A DNA stretch of 64,000 bases, taken from Vicugna vicugna (taxonomy: Eukaryota). Shown piece by piece: positions 24,901-36,900 of this stretch. The notes beneath the pieces are model-generated. The model was given only the letters and a program-made list of their open reading frames with translations. It did no database searches and was not told the DNA's origin. The stretch spans positions 7,363,449 through 7,427,448 of the forward strand of contig MU058423.1 in assembly GCA_013265495.1 (NCBI GenBank), written 5' to 3'. The position numbers and the translations under genes were made by a program. How positions within the stretch are numbered: the first letter of the stretch is position 1; every line of letters begins with the position of its first letter.

Positions 24901-25989
24901 ATAATCCTCTATATTGAAAACACTTCTAATGTTTATATAAGAACAGGAAGGGCATGTGAACCTATCCCACCGTAATGAACATCCACCAAGTTGCCTACAA
25001 TAATTCATGAAATTAGTTGTAAAAACTCTAAAATGTATTAGCTAGAAATCAGTCTCCTTCCTACAAGAAAGTAGTAGGCCTCAAATTTGAATTCTTTACA
25101 CTACAGATTATTGTCTTCCTTATAAGAGTAAAAAAAAAGCCCTGCACTAAAAAGATCCCTCTAGCACTCCTATTAAAGATAAATCTTCCTTTGGAATTAC
25201 ATCAGAGGGAACTGAATCTAAACAAGGCTGGCCATGTCGGGCAAAACAGCTGCACGACACCCTTCATAGATACCTTTTGCTAAAGCTATCATCTTAGAAA
25301 CTTTAAAAGCAGTGGCAAAAAAAGCGAAGCTTTGTGAACTATAGTCCATTAGATGAACTGCTGAAACAGGAACCTTAGTCTCTCAGGGTCTGATTCATAC
25401 CAAAATACAGGTGTTGGTTTCTTCCAGCAAATTAAGCTGCCTACTTTTTCCCTCAACCATCTAGATAGTCCATTTTCGGACTTCCTTAGGTGAAGTAGAG
25501 CAAACCTCACGGTGATCACAATTTCCGCCTCTAAGGCTCCTCAATCATAAATGGCTATTCTATGCCAATGCCTTTCTGAAGACAGAGCCAAGTGAATCTT
25601 GTCAGTGTGATGTGATGTGCGATCACCTTACTGAGGATGCCCTGGAGGTCACTGGATGGTGTGAATGGAGATAACCCGGTTTACTCTGCCACTTTGCCTT
25701 TCAGGGGCTTTCAGTTTTAGTAGGGAGGAAATTTAGGAGGAATTTCGGCCTGAAGTCAATGAAGGCTCTGCGTTTTTTCAGCAGTGAGAATAGCCAGAAA
25801 GGAAAGATCATAATGACACTATTTAGCTTTGTTTCAATTCTGCTTAACGGACTCCCATTAGAAAATTTGCCTTATTTTACCATTTAACAAACATACCCTA
25901 AGGAAAGACTCAAAATAGATGATTACCTTTTGCGTTTATTATTATTAAAGGATTTAAATTTGAAATGCTGCAGTAGAGTAAAACTTTTT

Positions 25990-26220
25990 TTAACATTTTT
26001 TACTGATTTATAATCATTTTACAATGTTGTGTCAAATTCCAGTGTTCAGCACAATTTTTCAGTCATTCATGGACATGTACACACTCATTGTCACATTTTT
26101 TTCTCTGTGAGTTATCATAACATTTTGTGTATATTTCCCTGTGCTATACAGTGTAATCTTGTTTATCTATTCTACAATTTTGAAATCCCAGTCTATCCCT
26201 TCCCACCCTCTACCCCCCTG
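25990..26220 (-). mobile_element. Young (camelid-like) L1 3' end
   Basis: TSD gagtaaaacttttt at 25976-25989 and 26221-26234; near-identical to the reverse complement of ~36210-36430. Confidence 0.93.
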
Positions 26221-27129
26221 GAGTAAAACTTTTTAATAAGATTTCCAGACGTTAATAAGTGAATGCTTCCAAAAGCTACTGAATTAAGCTTACTCTTCAA
26301 AAATTACTGAGTTTCAGCAGATGCTCAGATGGAGCCATATACAAAAGTACAGCTTATGATGACGTATGAGGAACTCAAGTAGATACAAAGTGTACTCTGC
26401 TTAACAATATTTTTCATTACAAGTGGCCAACATGTCCAAGTGGCAACCTCCAACTATCACTCCTCCTCCAATCAGTTCCTTCTTTCCTTTCTCCTGCCTT
26501 TCCTCTCTCTTTTCCTTTCCAATTTTCTCCATCTCTCCCCTTTTCTTTCCTTTTCAAACATTATTGAGAAGGAACTGGGTGCCCAGCAGGCCGCTTAGCT
26601 GGAAAATGTAAACAACGTTTCTACCATCCCAGAGACTTAGAGCACTGTGATACTTGAAGCACATTCCCCTGTCCTTAAAAATCAAAGAAAAAATTATTTT
26701 TTAAAGACACGAATGCTATTCTTTACTCTCCAAAAATGCCTAATAGGACTTGACAAATGCTACTCTTATTAACATTTGCATGCAAGTAATGACAGGTTGT
26801 ACCGAAAACCAGAGAGGAGTCATTATGTTAGTGAATGAAACCTACAATTATAGTTTGATTATAAAAATGAAATTATTGTCTTCCTTAAATAGCACATTTT
26901 AATCATTTGGAATGAAATGACATGGAATGATATGGAAATCGGTATGTGAAAACCTTGATTGGAGCTCTGACTTCCCTTCTTTCCCAGGGAAAGGCATCCA
27001 TCTATCATTGCAAAACTCAAACTTTTAAGTAATATTAAATTATTGAAATCCCCCGAATTTCAAGTACTGAGTCAAATTAGTTCCTAAAATTTAGCTTGTA
27101 AAATGTCTCCCTAATCATTCTTTGCATCA

Positions 27130-27560
27130 GTCCCTGGGAGACCGTCAACTTCTCTCCCCTGGGATTACTGTCAACACTCTTTAGTGGGCCCCCTCCTCTC
27201 TCTTCTCTTCTTCAGTCAGTCCATCCTCCATACTGCCAGCGTTTTATTTCTAAAGCAAAGATGAAATGATATAGCAACTCAGCTTAAAAATGCCCAACAG
27301 CTTTTGAATATCTGGATGTAGCCTAAATTTCTTATTATGAGAGCTTAGACCCTTTAGAGTCTCATCCCAGCTACATTTACCACCTGACTGTATATATCCA
27401 TTAAACACAGCCAAAATAAGTGTTCTAAAGTATCACACTCTTTGATGCCATTATGCCTTTGGCTATTTCTAGGTCCTGTTTTTTTTTGGAGTGGCCTTCT
27501 TCTACACTTTCTCCTAAAGAAGACTTGATAATACCATGCTTTGGGATGCAGTCCAAATAG
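27130..27560 (+). mobile_element. L2 fragment
   Basis: ctgggattactgtcaaca...ccatcctccatactgccagc...ttttatttctaaagcaaa. Confidence 0.6.
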
Positions 27561-28478
27561 TCAGTCAACCCTATTGTGAAGGCTTTGTCACTTCAGCCCC
27601 CTTCTTTTCACCACCCCTTAGAGAGCGCTATGGCTTTGTATTACAAATATCTGTTTCCATGCATGTGTTCGACAAAAGAAATTTAGCTACGCCAAGTCAC
27701 TGCACGCTTACTCTCCGCACAACATTTTTTAAAGTCTCGCATTTCTTAACTCAAAATCCACCAATTAAAAAACAAAATGCTGTAGTCCCAGGAGGAATAT
27801 GGTAGCAGTGTATTTTATTGGAATCAGTGATATTTATCATTAATAAATAATTCGTGAACTAAATGACCAATTAATTTAGGATCCAGCCTCAATGGGCATT
27901 GAATTCTTATAGTGGAAATGCAATCACTAGATAATAATAATAAAAAATTATAGTTTTCCATCTAGTTACAAATAAGTTTTGAAAAAAGGAGGATACCTTA
28001 TATAGGCTATTTTGAAAACTGTCTTAGTTGAGAATAAAAATCTTGAAAAGCTGAATCCTTTACTGTATTTTTTTTTTAAAAAAAAACACATCTCATTTAT
28101 TTTAAGAACTAGAATTTTCTCCTATCTTGGTACTTTAGTTACTCAAGCTATATTGTCTCTGATTTATTTTCCTTTAAGTCCAGCCAAGGAGTGGAAATAG
28201 CACAGATCCTAGGAGAGCTGTGGGGACACCGAGAGAAGAAGGCTGAGAGGGAGGAAGGAAAAGTGGAGCATGAAGGGAGATCATGAATTCAGATCAATGC
28301 TAATATGACGCTCCCCTTGGCTCCTCTTTGCTACTCCTGACATAGGCTGTTCTGAGTCTGGAAACTAAAGAGAGAGAACCCTACTGGAGAGCAGAGAACA
28401 TGAGAAAGTATTTTATAGAAATATCCAAAACTTTTTTACTTAACAAAAGACTTCTTGGTATGAGGATTTGATGGTTTT

Positions 28479-28493
28479 CTTTCCTTCCTTCCT

Positions 28494-28563
<70 letters not shown>

Positions 28564-28604
28564 TTCCTTCCTTCCTTCCTTCCTTCCTTCCTTCCTTTCT
28601 TTTT
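28479..28604. repeat. Compound microsatellite (TTCC)n(TTTC)n(TTCC)n
   Basis: Direct inspection; pure polypyrimidine tract. Confidence 0.98.
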
Positions 28605-29877
28605 AATAAAACTAGGAGGAATGAGTTAAAATGTTTTCAAAGTGTTTGGTTGCAATATGTATCTAATCAATCCTTGGATATTCACTATCTTAATAAATTT
28701 GTTCAGCTAAGTGAACAAAAAGTACCGTCAATACATCCAGATTTAAAATGTAGAAAATTTCAAAGATTATGTACTAAGAACTGATGCCTGTTTCACAGAT
28801 CTGATAATATTGCCAGAAAGGAGTTTAGACATAAATCAAGTGCTACTTCTTCACTTTACACAGAAGATACTAGGAAACTGAGTTCTGGAACGAATGCACA
28901 CATCCTTAAAGTCACACCGTTAACTACTTGTGGAGCCAGCACTTGGGTCTAGATCCCATTCATTCTCTGCTTGCCTTCTCCCACCTTGCACTCTTTCATT
29001 AGGTAAGTGAGGAGTTATTCTCCCTTAACGTCTTGCAATACATGTCCCCCAACCCTTTCCTTCTGTCCTCCCAAGGCCTGTCTAGGATTTGGTTCCTTGA
29101 CCAACTGGCTTTCCTTTCAATCTTCATGAAGGTCAGTTACACTTTTGTAGGACCCTCCTCTAATGCCTTATAAATAAATTTACCAGCAAGTTTACACTCT
29201 AGAACATGAAGCCTGATGACTTAAATTACACATACAGATTTTAGAAGCAATTTAGGCAGTTTTAATATTTGTAGGCAAGTTGCAAGTAGTTCCTTTCAAG
29301 AAGAAATAGCTCCATATTTTCAAACCTATTGGTTATTAGACAGTTTTTTTTAAATCATTATTGCTTTCAGTTTGAAAAATACAACTTATGACCTTTTGCC
29401 TGCAATAAGAGAGGGAAGAGATATAAGGACCTTGGTTGACAAAGATTGATCATGAATTCTCAATTAGTCTCTCTCCAAAGGGTGGTTGCATATTTAGTTA
29501 GGCTTTTATAAGTTATGAAAATACTGAAAAGGTTCAGTTTCAAAACACATCATCTCTGTATGTACAGATTAATACACCAATGATCCTTCCAGATCATACT
29601 GGGCCCTTACTTGAAACTCTTCTGTAAAAACTAAAAAATCATCCTTCATAGAACAAATTTAAACTTAATTTAAATATCTGTTAGAATTAGTGACATTTTA
29701 TTTCAGAAAACCAAAAATTATATGTATATATCAACTTAAATATTAATTGAAGTATATAAACAGAATTCACATTTATAATGTGACAGATACATACATTTAG
29801 AGTGTCATTAAATGTGCAATTCAAATATTGACCTTCAGGGATAATTTACCTAATATTTATAAAAACAGTGTTAAAAT

Positions 29878-29962
29878 GTACTTCCATTCATTTTTGTTTT
29901 AATTTCAGATATGGAGAATAAGTACTTCCATTCATTTTTGTTTTAATTTCAGATATGGAGAA
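29878..29962 (+). repeat. Tandem duplication: 41-bp identical unit, period 44
   Basis: gtacttccattcatttttgttttaatttcagatatggagaa at 29878-29918 and 29922-29962. Confidence 0.97.
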
Positions 29963-30214
29963 ACAAGACTCAGTGTGTTACACATTATTAAATACTCACT
30001 GACTGGCTGGGAACCAAATGCTGATGCCCACGTGAAAACACTGCTTGCAGAGACAACACGCTTATTTAAACTAAAGCAAACACGAGCATTTGAATGCAAA
30101 ACATTCAATAACAGCACTTAATTCAAGAGAAGAGATTGTAAATCTTCGAAGATTATATACAAAATAACCATTGAGAATATATATACAGTGTTTAAATGGC
30201 AGATTAACATTCAA

Positions 30215-30310
30215 TTTCTCAGGAAAAATATTCTCAACTTTTCATCTATCAAAGAATGTAAGATTTTGTAACTTACTTAGCAGTTGAGTAAAAAATAACA
30301 TGTGAATTGT
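30215..30310 (+). repeat. 96-bp dispersed direct repeat, copy 2
   Basis: 90/96 identical to 22588-22683. Confidence 0.95.
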
Positions 30311-30820
30311 GGATAAAATAATATTTTGATGGTGAACTTTGATTAAATGTTTATAGAACTGCAATGTATGCTACCACCTACTTAAAAGGTTAGCATTAAT
30401 ATTGCCCTTCAATAGTTTGATGTTTTGTCATATCTCAGCCCTCGGGAATGAATGAATATTTATTCCTAAAGTAATTGATGCCAATGTATTTATTTGAATT
30501 ACCTTTTCTAGGGAATTTTATACTTTCAGAATCTATGACAGGGTACATTAGAAATAGATTCTGAAGAATAAATCAATTAGCTTTACATTTTAAAACATTT
30601 CCTCTACTTTACCAATATTGTCGTTAGAAACTGATTTTTAAAAAATATTTTAACCCACAGGCACCATGACCATACATAGCAATGTGCCTGGAGTAATCCT
30701 ATCACAGAGCTTCTTTACCCCCAGCATATCTTCTAGTTTACCTTTTGTTCCAGCTTTATAACTTATTATTATCAGTGGTAGTAGTAGTAATAGCAGAAGT
30801 AGTAAAATAAAAAGAGTTTT

Positions 30821-31178
30821 TGTTTGTTTGTTTTTTGCTGTTGCTGTTTTCTGGGATCAGAAGAGTTTAATAAGGTGGCATTTAGTCAAGTGTTGGGTCG
30901 GGGCAGCAGCCACCTGCTTGGGAGGACCAGCCTCAAAGTATTGATCCAGCATGGCCTCCCCCTCCCCCTCTTCATGGTCACATGTCTGGAACCACCAGCC
31001 ATTTGCTGCCCCTGGATCATGGCTGAAAGCACTCGGCCAGACTGCAGGTGGGATAGGCATAGGACTGGTTTATTGAAAGCCACCACTCTGCCCACTTCAC
31101 AAACCACACCCGAGGATGGCTGCCATGACCGTGTCTGCCTGCCATTCACAAATGAGCCTGTCACCCCCGGGAGCCTCC
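30821..31178 (-). pseudogene. Putative processed retrocopy of an mRNA 3' end (parent not recognised)
   Basis: Decayed poly-T (30817-30850), minus-strand ATTAAA (30866-30871) and internal AATAAA (31069-31074), sharp GC rise, weak TSD gagttttt / gagatttt(aa). Confidence 0.55.
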
Positions 31179-31789
31179 GAGATTTTAATTGGTGCTTTCA
31201 GCTTTCACCATGGTCTCGTCTATTGGTCTGTGTGACAAATGTGCAGAAAATATAATTCTCAATTTAACATGTGGTTGAATGGCAATCAATACACCTTTTG
31301 TCTTTTCTCCATCCTTTCCAACTTCAAGGTAACTTCCACCATCCTTTTGAGGATAGCATGAAGGCCATCAATGACGTTTCCTGGGACTCAAGTAGGGATG
31401 GCGAACTCCCCCAGGACTCTAGTACGAGAGAGAGTATTTAGTGTTACTGCTCTCACCAGCTTCTTCGTATATTAATTGATTATACTTCAATATGCTTTGA
31501 CCCATGAGATTCACTGAGCTGATGGGCCGCTGGTCAGCAGAGCTGTGAGAAATAATAGCACCTGCAAGTGAAACGTGTGGTGGAAGAAGCAGCAGCTAAG
31601 CTGTCTTGCCATATATATAGCACACAGAGAACCACCTGAGTATTCACTCTACATGTAGCATCGTGTGAAACTCCTGGATCATAGCAACGGTTCAATACTT
31701 TTCCCTAAATCTATTTTCCCTAAATTTTCTATTTTTCCCTAAATCTTCACACCTTAGTTTACAGATTAACCAGATTATCAAATTCCAAA

Positions 31790-32370
31790 ATAGTGTCATT
31801 TAACAGATGTTTATCATAATTCACTTTGTGCCAGGCACAAAAACGAATAAAAATGGCCCCTGTCCTTAAGGAGCTACAATCTAATTGGAGATTCTAATCC
31901 CTAAAAATAATTATAATATGACGCATTAAAGGTTAACATGGAAATAGACCAATGTGATATGTGAAAGCTGATAAAGGAAATTGTGCTCTACACTGGAATT
32001 TGACACAACATTGTAAAATGATTATAAATCAATAAAAATGTTAAAAAATAAATAAAGCATTGTAACATATTTAAAAAAAAGAAAGCTGATAAAGGGCATA
32101 TAATATAACTTCATGTTTCAAGGAAGGCATTCTGGATGAAACAACAAGGAGTTTAAAGACTGACATTCAGCTAGTGAAGGCTGGAGGGAAAGTTAGTTTA
32201 AAGGAACTAGCATCAGGTATAAATAGCTTGCTATATTGCAGGCTATGTGGTATTACTAGGAAACAAAGCAAGTGTCAAACAATAATGGGCAATGGAGTTA
32301 AAGAAAAAAATAAGAAGGCAAATTATAAGTAGTCTTCACTTCATAGCAAAGGAATTAGGTTTTTATCATT
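31790..32370 (-). mobile_element. L2 fragment hosting a short L1 insertion
   Basis: cattt aacagatgtttat...tgtgccaggcac...cccctgtccttaaggagctacaatcta. Confidence 0.65.
31978..32080 (+). mobile_element. Very short young L1 3' end with a double tail
   Basis: 15-bp TSD gaaagctgataaagg (31963-31977 / 32081-32095); ctggaatttgacacaacattgtaaaatgattataaatcaataaaa. Confidence 0.93.
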
Positions 32371-32539
32371 GTATACAATGTATTTATTTTAGCACACTGT
32401 CACCTATTGGTCAAAACAAGTCCCAATGACAGACAAACCATGGCACTGGGGGTGCAAAGGAGGGCTGCAAAGCTTCGTGGCCATGACGGAAATCAACCAC
32501 AAGGAGTGAGTGACATGAACAGAATCACATTTTAGTTTG

Positions 32540-32694
32540 TGTCTGATAGCCTCAGGTGCATGTTAGAATAATGGAATCTCATTCCTTGCTACTGAATCAG
32601 ACTCTCTAAAGACAGAATCAAGGAATACGTATTTTGGGAAAAAAAAAAGTTATCCAAACATATCTGAAGTGTAGTCTTGGTTGAGAAATGCTGT
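32540..32694. mobile_element. MER5-like hAT MITE
   Basis: gcatgttagaat...ctactgaatcagactctct...ggaatacgtatttt...ggttgagaaatgctg. Confidence 0.55.
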
Positions 32695-32759
32695 CTTCAA
32701 AAGATTACTCTGATGGCAATACCAGGAGAATGCATTTGAGCCAAGTGTTTTTATTTTAT

Positions 32760-33130
32760 TTCTTGTACCTAAAAAAATCACCTCCTCTTAGGTCAAGCTA
32801 GAGAACACACTGGCCACATATTGAGGTATCTTATGTAACCCAGGATGATCTGAAAAGCTAAGCCCTGTGAAGAGCATAAATTGTGATATTTGTGAAGAAC
32901 TCAACTCTGAGAGTTAATGGTTATGACTTTCTAATCAGCTGTCATTAAAATGATTCAGGCACTAAGTCTCTACTTTCAACATTCAAAATGCTGGGAAAAG
33001 AGAATCTGATAGGCCAGTTTTGTCTCGTGTCCACTGTTGGACCAATCACGGGCAGGGCTGTGAAGCAAAAGCATGGCTCCTTAGAGTCCAGCCCTGCCAG
33101 TGAGGAAGGTAGTTTTCAGAATAAAAATGT
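32760..33130 (-). mobile_element. Old MLT1 LTR fragment
   Basis: gggaaaagagaatctgataggcca...gtgtccactgttggaccaatca. Confidence 0.5.
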
Positions 33131-35540
33131 CTAGTCTAGCAACCCTGTCCCCTGTACTATGGTTCAAAGAATGGGACTGGGAGATATTTTAGGAGACTAC
33201 TGCAATGATTCAGTTCTAAGATAATAAAGAACTAACCTGTGAGATGATGAAGAGGTATGCAGTCTGAAAGCCAAATGTAACTGTTCATAATATTGAAGTT
33301 TTTAAGCTATTCTGGCATGGAATCATAATGTAGTAAGTCAACCAACTGATATAAAATCAGCTTTATGGATTGGAGTCCTTATTAAATATATAATATAGTA
33401 GTGTATTGATTTCATACATTCCAAGAACGGGATATTTAGAAAATAGAAAAAGAGTTCAACAAAACAGAAAGTATTATCATCCCAAGGTAATTTTATAGTT
33501 CATTTTTTCAGTTCTGTAACTGATTACATAGTAGGTACATATTTGTATTTAATAAATATCAAATGAGTGAGGAAAATGGTATTGTACATTTAAATATAAA
33601 ATATAACCAAATAAGTATAAACTTTCTTTCAATGCTGAGTTGTATTACATTAAGTAGCCTTCTGAGGGCAGTAGGAAGTCTGAAATGATTTAGATTTAGG
33701 AAAAGAGTTTGCAAGATATATACATATCTGCTAACATACAATAAAAGTGTTTTGAATTGTAGTGGATATTGTAGTAGAATGAGACCTCAAGAACATTGTT
33801 AACTGTGAATATATTTTAAAGCATTGAAACTGCAGTTTAATAATCCCCCATAGGTCCATATGGAGGCACTAAATTATGAAATTCCTTAGAAAGGTTGCAA
33901 AGCTTAAGACAAGAAGATTTTACTTTGACAATTTTTGTATTTGCATATTTGGTGGCCATACATGAGTAGGGGAAAAAAAAAAGCAGTCACTTTTGGTATT
34001 TGAGAACTGTCCAGAAGAAAATAAAAGAGGTCCATAAAAAGAAAAGGGAGAACTGTATCGCCTTGATGTACTGACTTTCATTTTGAAAGATCACATAGCT
34101 TTTTGCAGATTTAACAACCTGACATACAGAGATCACTTCAACCTCTGCTGAAATACACTCAGCCTAGGGGTGAAACTCACCTGTTATTAAACTGCCTCTG
34201 GCAGCACTACAAAATAGTTTAGTACAGAAAATAAAAGAGAAGGTCAAACCTCATTAAAACTTCTAGGAGAAGTTATCACAGGACTAGCGAATCTTGGGGA
34301 AGAATTTGTTCCCACCAAAGTGAAACTGCATTATTTGAGAGAGGAGATGGTATTAAAAAAAAATCACCCCATTCTCTCAGTAAAAGGAAGTAGATATATA
34401 GGAATCAGACCAGTAATATGCAAACATCCATACCTTGGGTTAATGCAACTGGACCTCCCTTCTTCTCACTGCAAATGTTAGCTATCTGGAGTGAAAGTTG
34501 ATAAAAGGGACTATATATACTACCAGAAATGTAAGGAATTACACAAAAATAACTTTGCTATTGTTAGAACATGAATTAAAAAGAGTTTATGGTCACCAGA
34601 TTCAACCACCAGTCAGAAGGCAGTGGTCAGATGGCTTTACATGATACAAATCTCAATGTAACATAGAAGCTCCATTAGAAATGCTCACTAAAATACTTTT
34701 TTTGTTTCTTTAAATCTTACTTGTCAGACTGAATAGGACTCCAGCACCATGTAAGGGACAAAAAAAAAAAAAGTTAAACACTACTAATCGATTAAGAGGA
34801 GGTAAGAATGACACTTCTCCAATTTCTTGGTTCGTGTGCTTCATCACAGGATTTTTTTTCTAACATCCAAAAATTCAGAAATTATCTGTGAAGAGAATGC
34901 TCTTGAGTAGTTATTTTGCTGATGCAAATATTGCATATGAAACTTAGCTGAGAGAAAACTATCCTTTTTCAGAAATACAAATGTGTGCACCTCAAAATGA
35001 CAATAATCCACAAGAAGAGAGAAAACAGAGATACACTAGTTGGGGGTAACTGACAGCTAGATTGTTTAGAAGTGGTCAGACTGAACATTCAGATCACCTC
35101 ATTCTAAGGCAGACTGAGTGAGATGCTCTAATGAGGAGTTCAAGATGGCTGCTTGCCACGAAATTCGTCAACGGGTCTTTGTCAAAGTCTGTCACTCACC
35201 TCATTAGGCTAGTGACAGATGGAGCCAAGACTCTCAACTTGGTTTCCTATGGACTTCTGACCCACTGGAGGGCTAATAGTGAAGAACATTAACTGATTTG
35301 ATGCTAATACACTTCACACTAAGTACGATTAACTGTGGAGGAGTTTGAAGGCCCAAGTCTTTGGTTTTTCTTTATATCCAAAAAATGTAAAATAAAAAGA
35401 AACTAAAAAATAAAACACATCAAATTATTCAATCAAATATTTTCTGGAAAAATTCCCAGTGAGATGTTTTTAGGTTTTTTGCAAGCCATCTGTTTTCTGA
35501 TCAGAACTTAGCTACTGATATCCTGATGGACTTAAAAATA

Positions 35541-36500
35541 GTTTCTTCTTGGATGTATACCCAGTAGAATTGCTGGGTCATATGGTAGTTCTATTTTTAG
35601 TTTTTTTGAGAAAACTCCATACTGTTTTTTACATTGGCTATAGCAATTTACATTCCCACCAACAGTGTATGAGGGTTCCCTTCTCTCCACATCCTCGCCC
35701 ACATTTGTGTTCTTTTTGATGACAGTGAGTCTGACAGGTGTGAGGTGCTAATTCGAAAAGATACATGCACCCAATGTTCACAGCAGCATTATTTAAAATT
35801 GCCAAGATATCACCATATGACCCAGGAATCCCACTCCTGGGCTTGTACCCAGAAGGAAATCTACTTCAGGATAACACCTGCACCCCAATGTTCATAGCAG
35901 CACTATTTACAATAGCCAAAACATGGAAACAACCTAAATGTCCATCAACAGGTGACTGGATAAAGAAGATGTGGTATATTTATACAATGGAATACTACTC
36001 AGCCATAAAAACCGACAACATAATGCCATTTGCAGCAACATGGATGATCCTAGAGAATGTCATTCTAAGTGAAGTAAGCCAGAAAGAGAAAGAAAAATAC
36101 CATATGAGATCGCTCATATGTGGAATCTAAAAAACAAAAACAAACAAAAACAAAGCATAAATACAGGACAGAAATAGACTCATGGACAGAGAATACAGAC
36201 TTGTGGTTACTGGGGGGGGGTAGAGGGTGGGAAGGGATAGACTGGGATTTCAAAATTGTAGAATAGATAAACAAGATTACACTGTATAGCACAGGGAAAT
36301 ATACACAAAATGTTATGATAAATCACAGAGAAAAAAATGTGACAATGAGTGTGTATATGTCCATGAATGACTGAAAAATTGTGCTGAACACTGGAATTTG
36401 ACACAACACTGTAAAATGATTATGAATCAAAAAAAATTGCCAAGATATCGAAACAACATAAGTATCCATCAACAAACAGCTAAAGAAGATGCAGTATATA
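35541..36500. mobile_element. Older L1 with a 5' inversion (antisense 35541-35747; sense 35748-35811 resuming at 36450)
   Basis: The inverted segment and the sense segment are adjacent in the L1 ORF2 consensus (...ctgggtatacatccaagaagaaa / ctaattcgaaaagatacatgcaccc). Confidence 0.75.
35812..36432 (+). mobile_element. Young (camelid-like) 5'-truncated L1 inserted in the older L1
   Basis: 17-bp TSD aaaattgccaagatatc (35795-35811 / 36433-36449), TTT/AAAA endonuclease site, intact ORF2 C-terminal peptide CTPMFIAALFTIAKTWKQPKCP. Confidence 0.95.
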
Positions 36501-36900
36501 TATATATGTGTAATCTTTCACTTGACATTATCCTTTTGATATTTATTCATACTGTTAACTGTAGTTCTAGATTGCTCCTTCTCTTGCTCTAAGATGTGTG
36601 ATAAAATGGGTAAGTCCTAATTTATTTTCTATTCTGAAGACGATGGAGTTTTGATTGTTAAAAGTTTTGGGCTATTACAAAAATGCTCCAACAATTGTCT
36701 GTCCATGTTTCATACTATTTCAGTGGTGTTCCATATATAAGAGTGGAATTTCTGGGAAATGGGACACAATTATATTCCACTTTAGCAGAAACTAACCAAG
36801 CATTTCCCAAACTGGCTGTACCATTTTACACTTCTATCAACGTGTCTGAGACTTATATTTGTGCCATATCCTTGGCAATTAGTGTAATACATTTTTTTTT
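36500..36900 (-). mobile_element. Old L1ME-type fragment
   Basis: ttttgggctattacaaaaatgct...agagtggaatttctggg...ggctgtaccattttacactt. Confidence 0.6.

Noticed and set aside
28479..28604. Functional triplex-forming element
   Set aside because: Ordinary compound microsatellite with no additional evidence of function
29878..29962. CRISPR-like repeat
   Set aside because: Only two adjacent copies with a 3-bp gap in mammalian DNA; no spacers or cas genes
30824..31255. 143-aa ORF (and 3203..3568) as coding genes
   Set aside because: Antisense to putative UTR retrocopies, non-ATG starts, no recognisable domain; explained by local GC richness
35765..36130. 121-aa ORF as a functional CDS
   Set aside because: Chimera of two L1 ORF2 C-terminal fragments created by nested insertion
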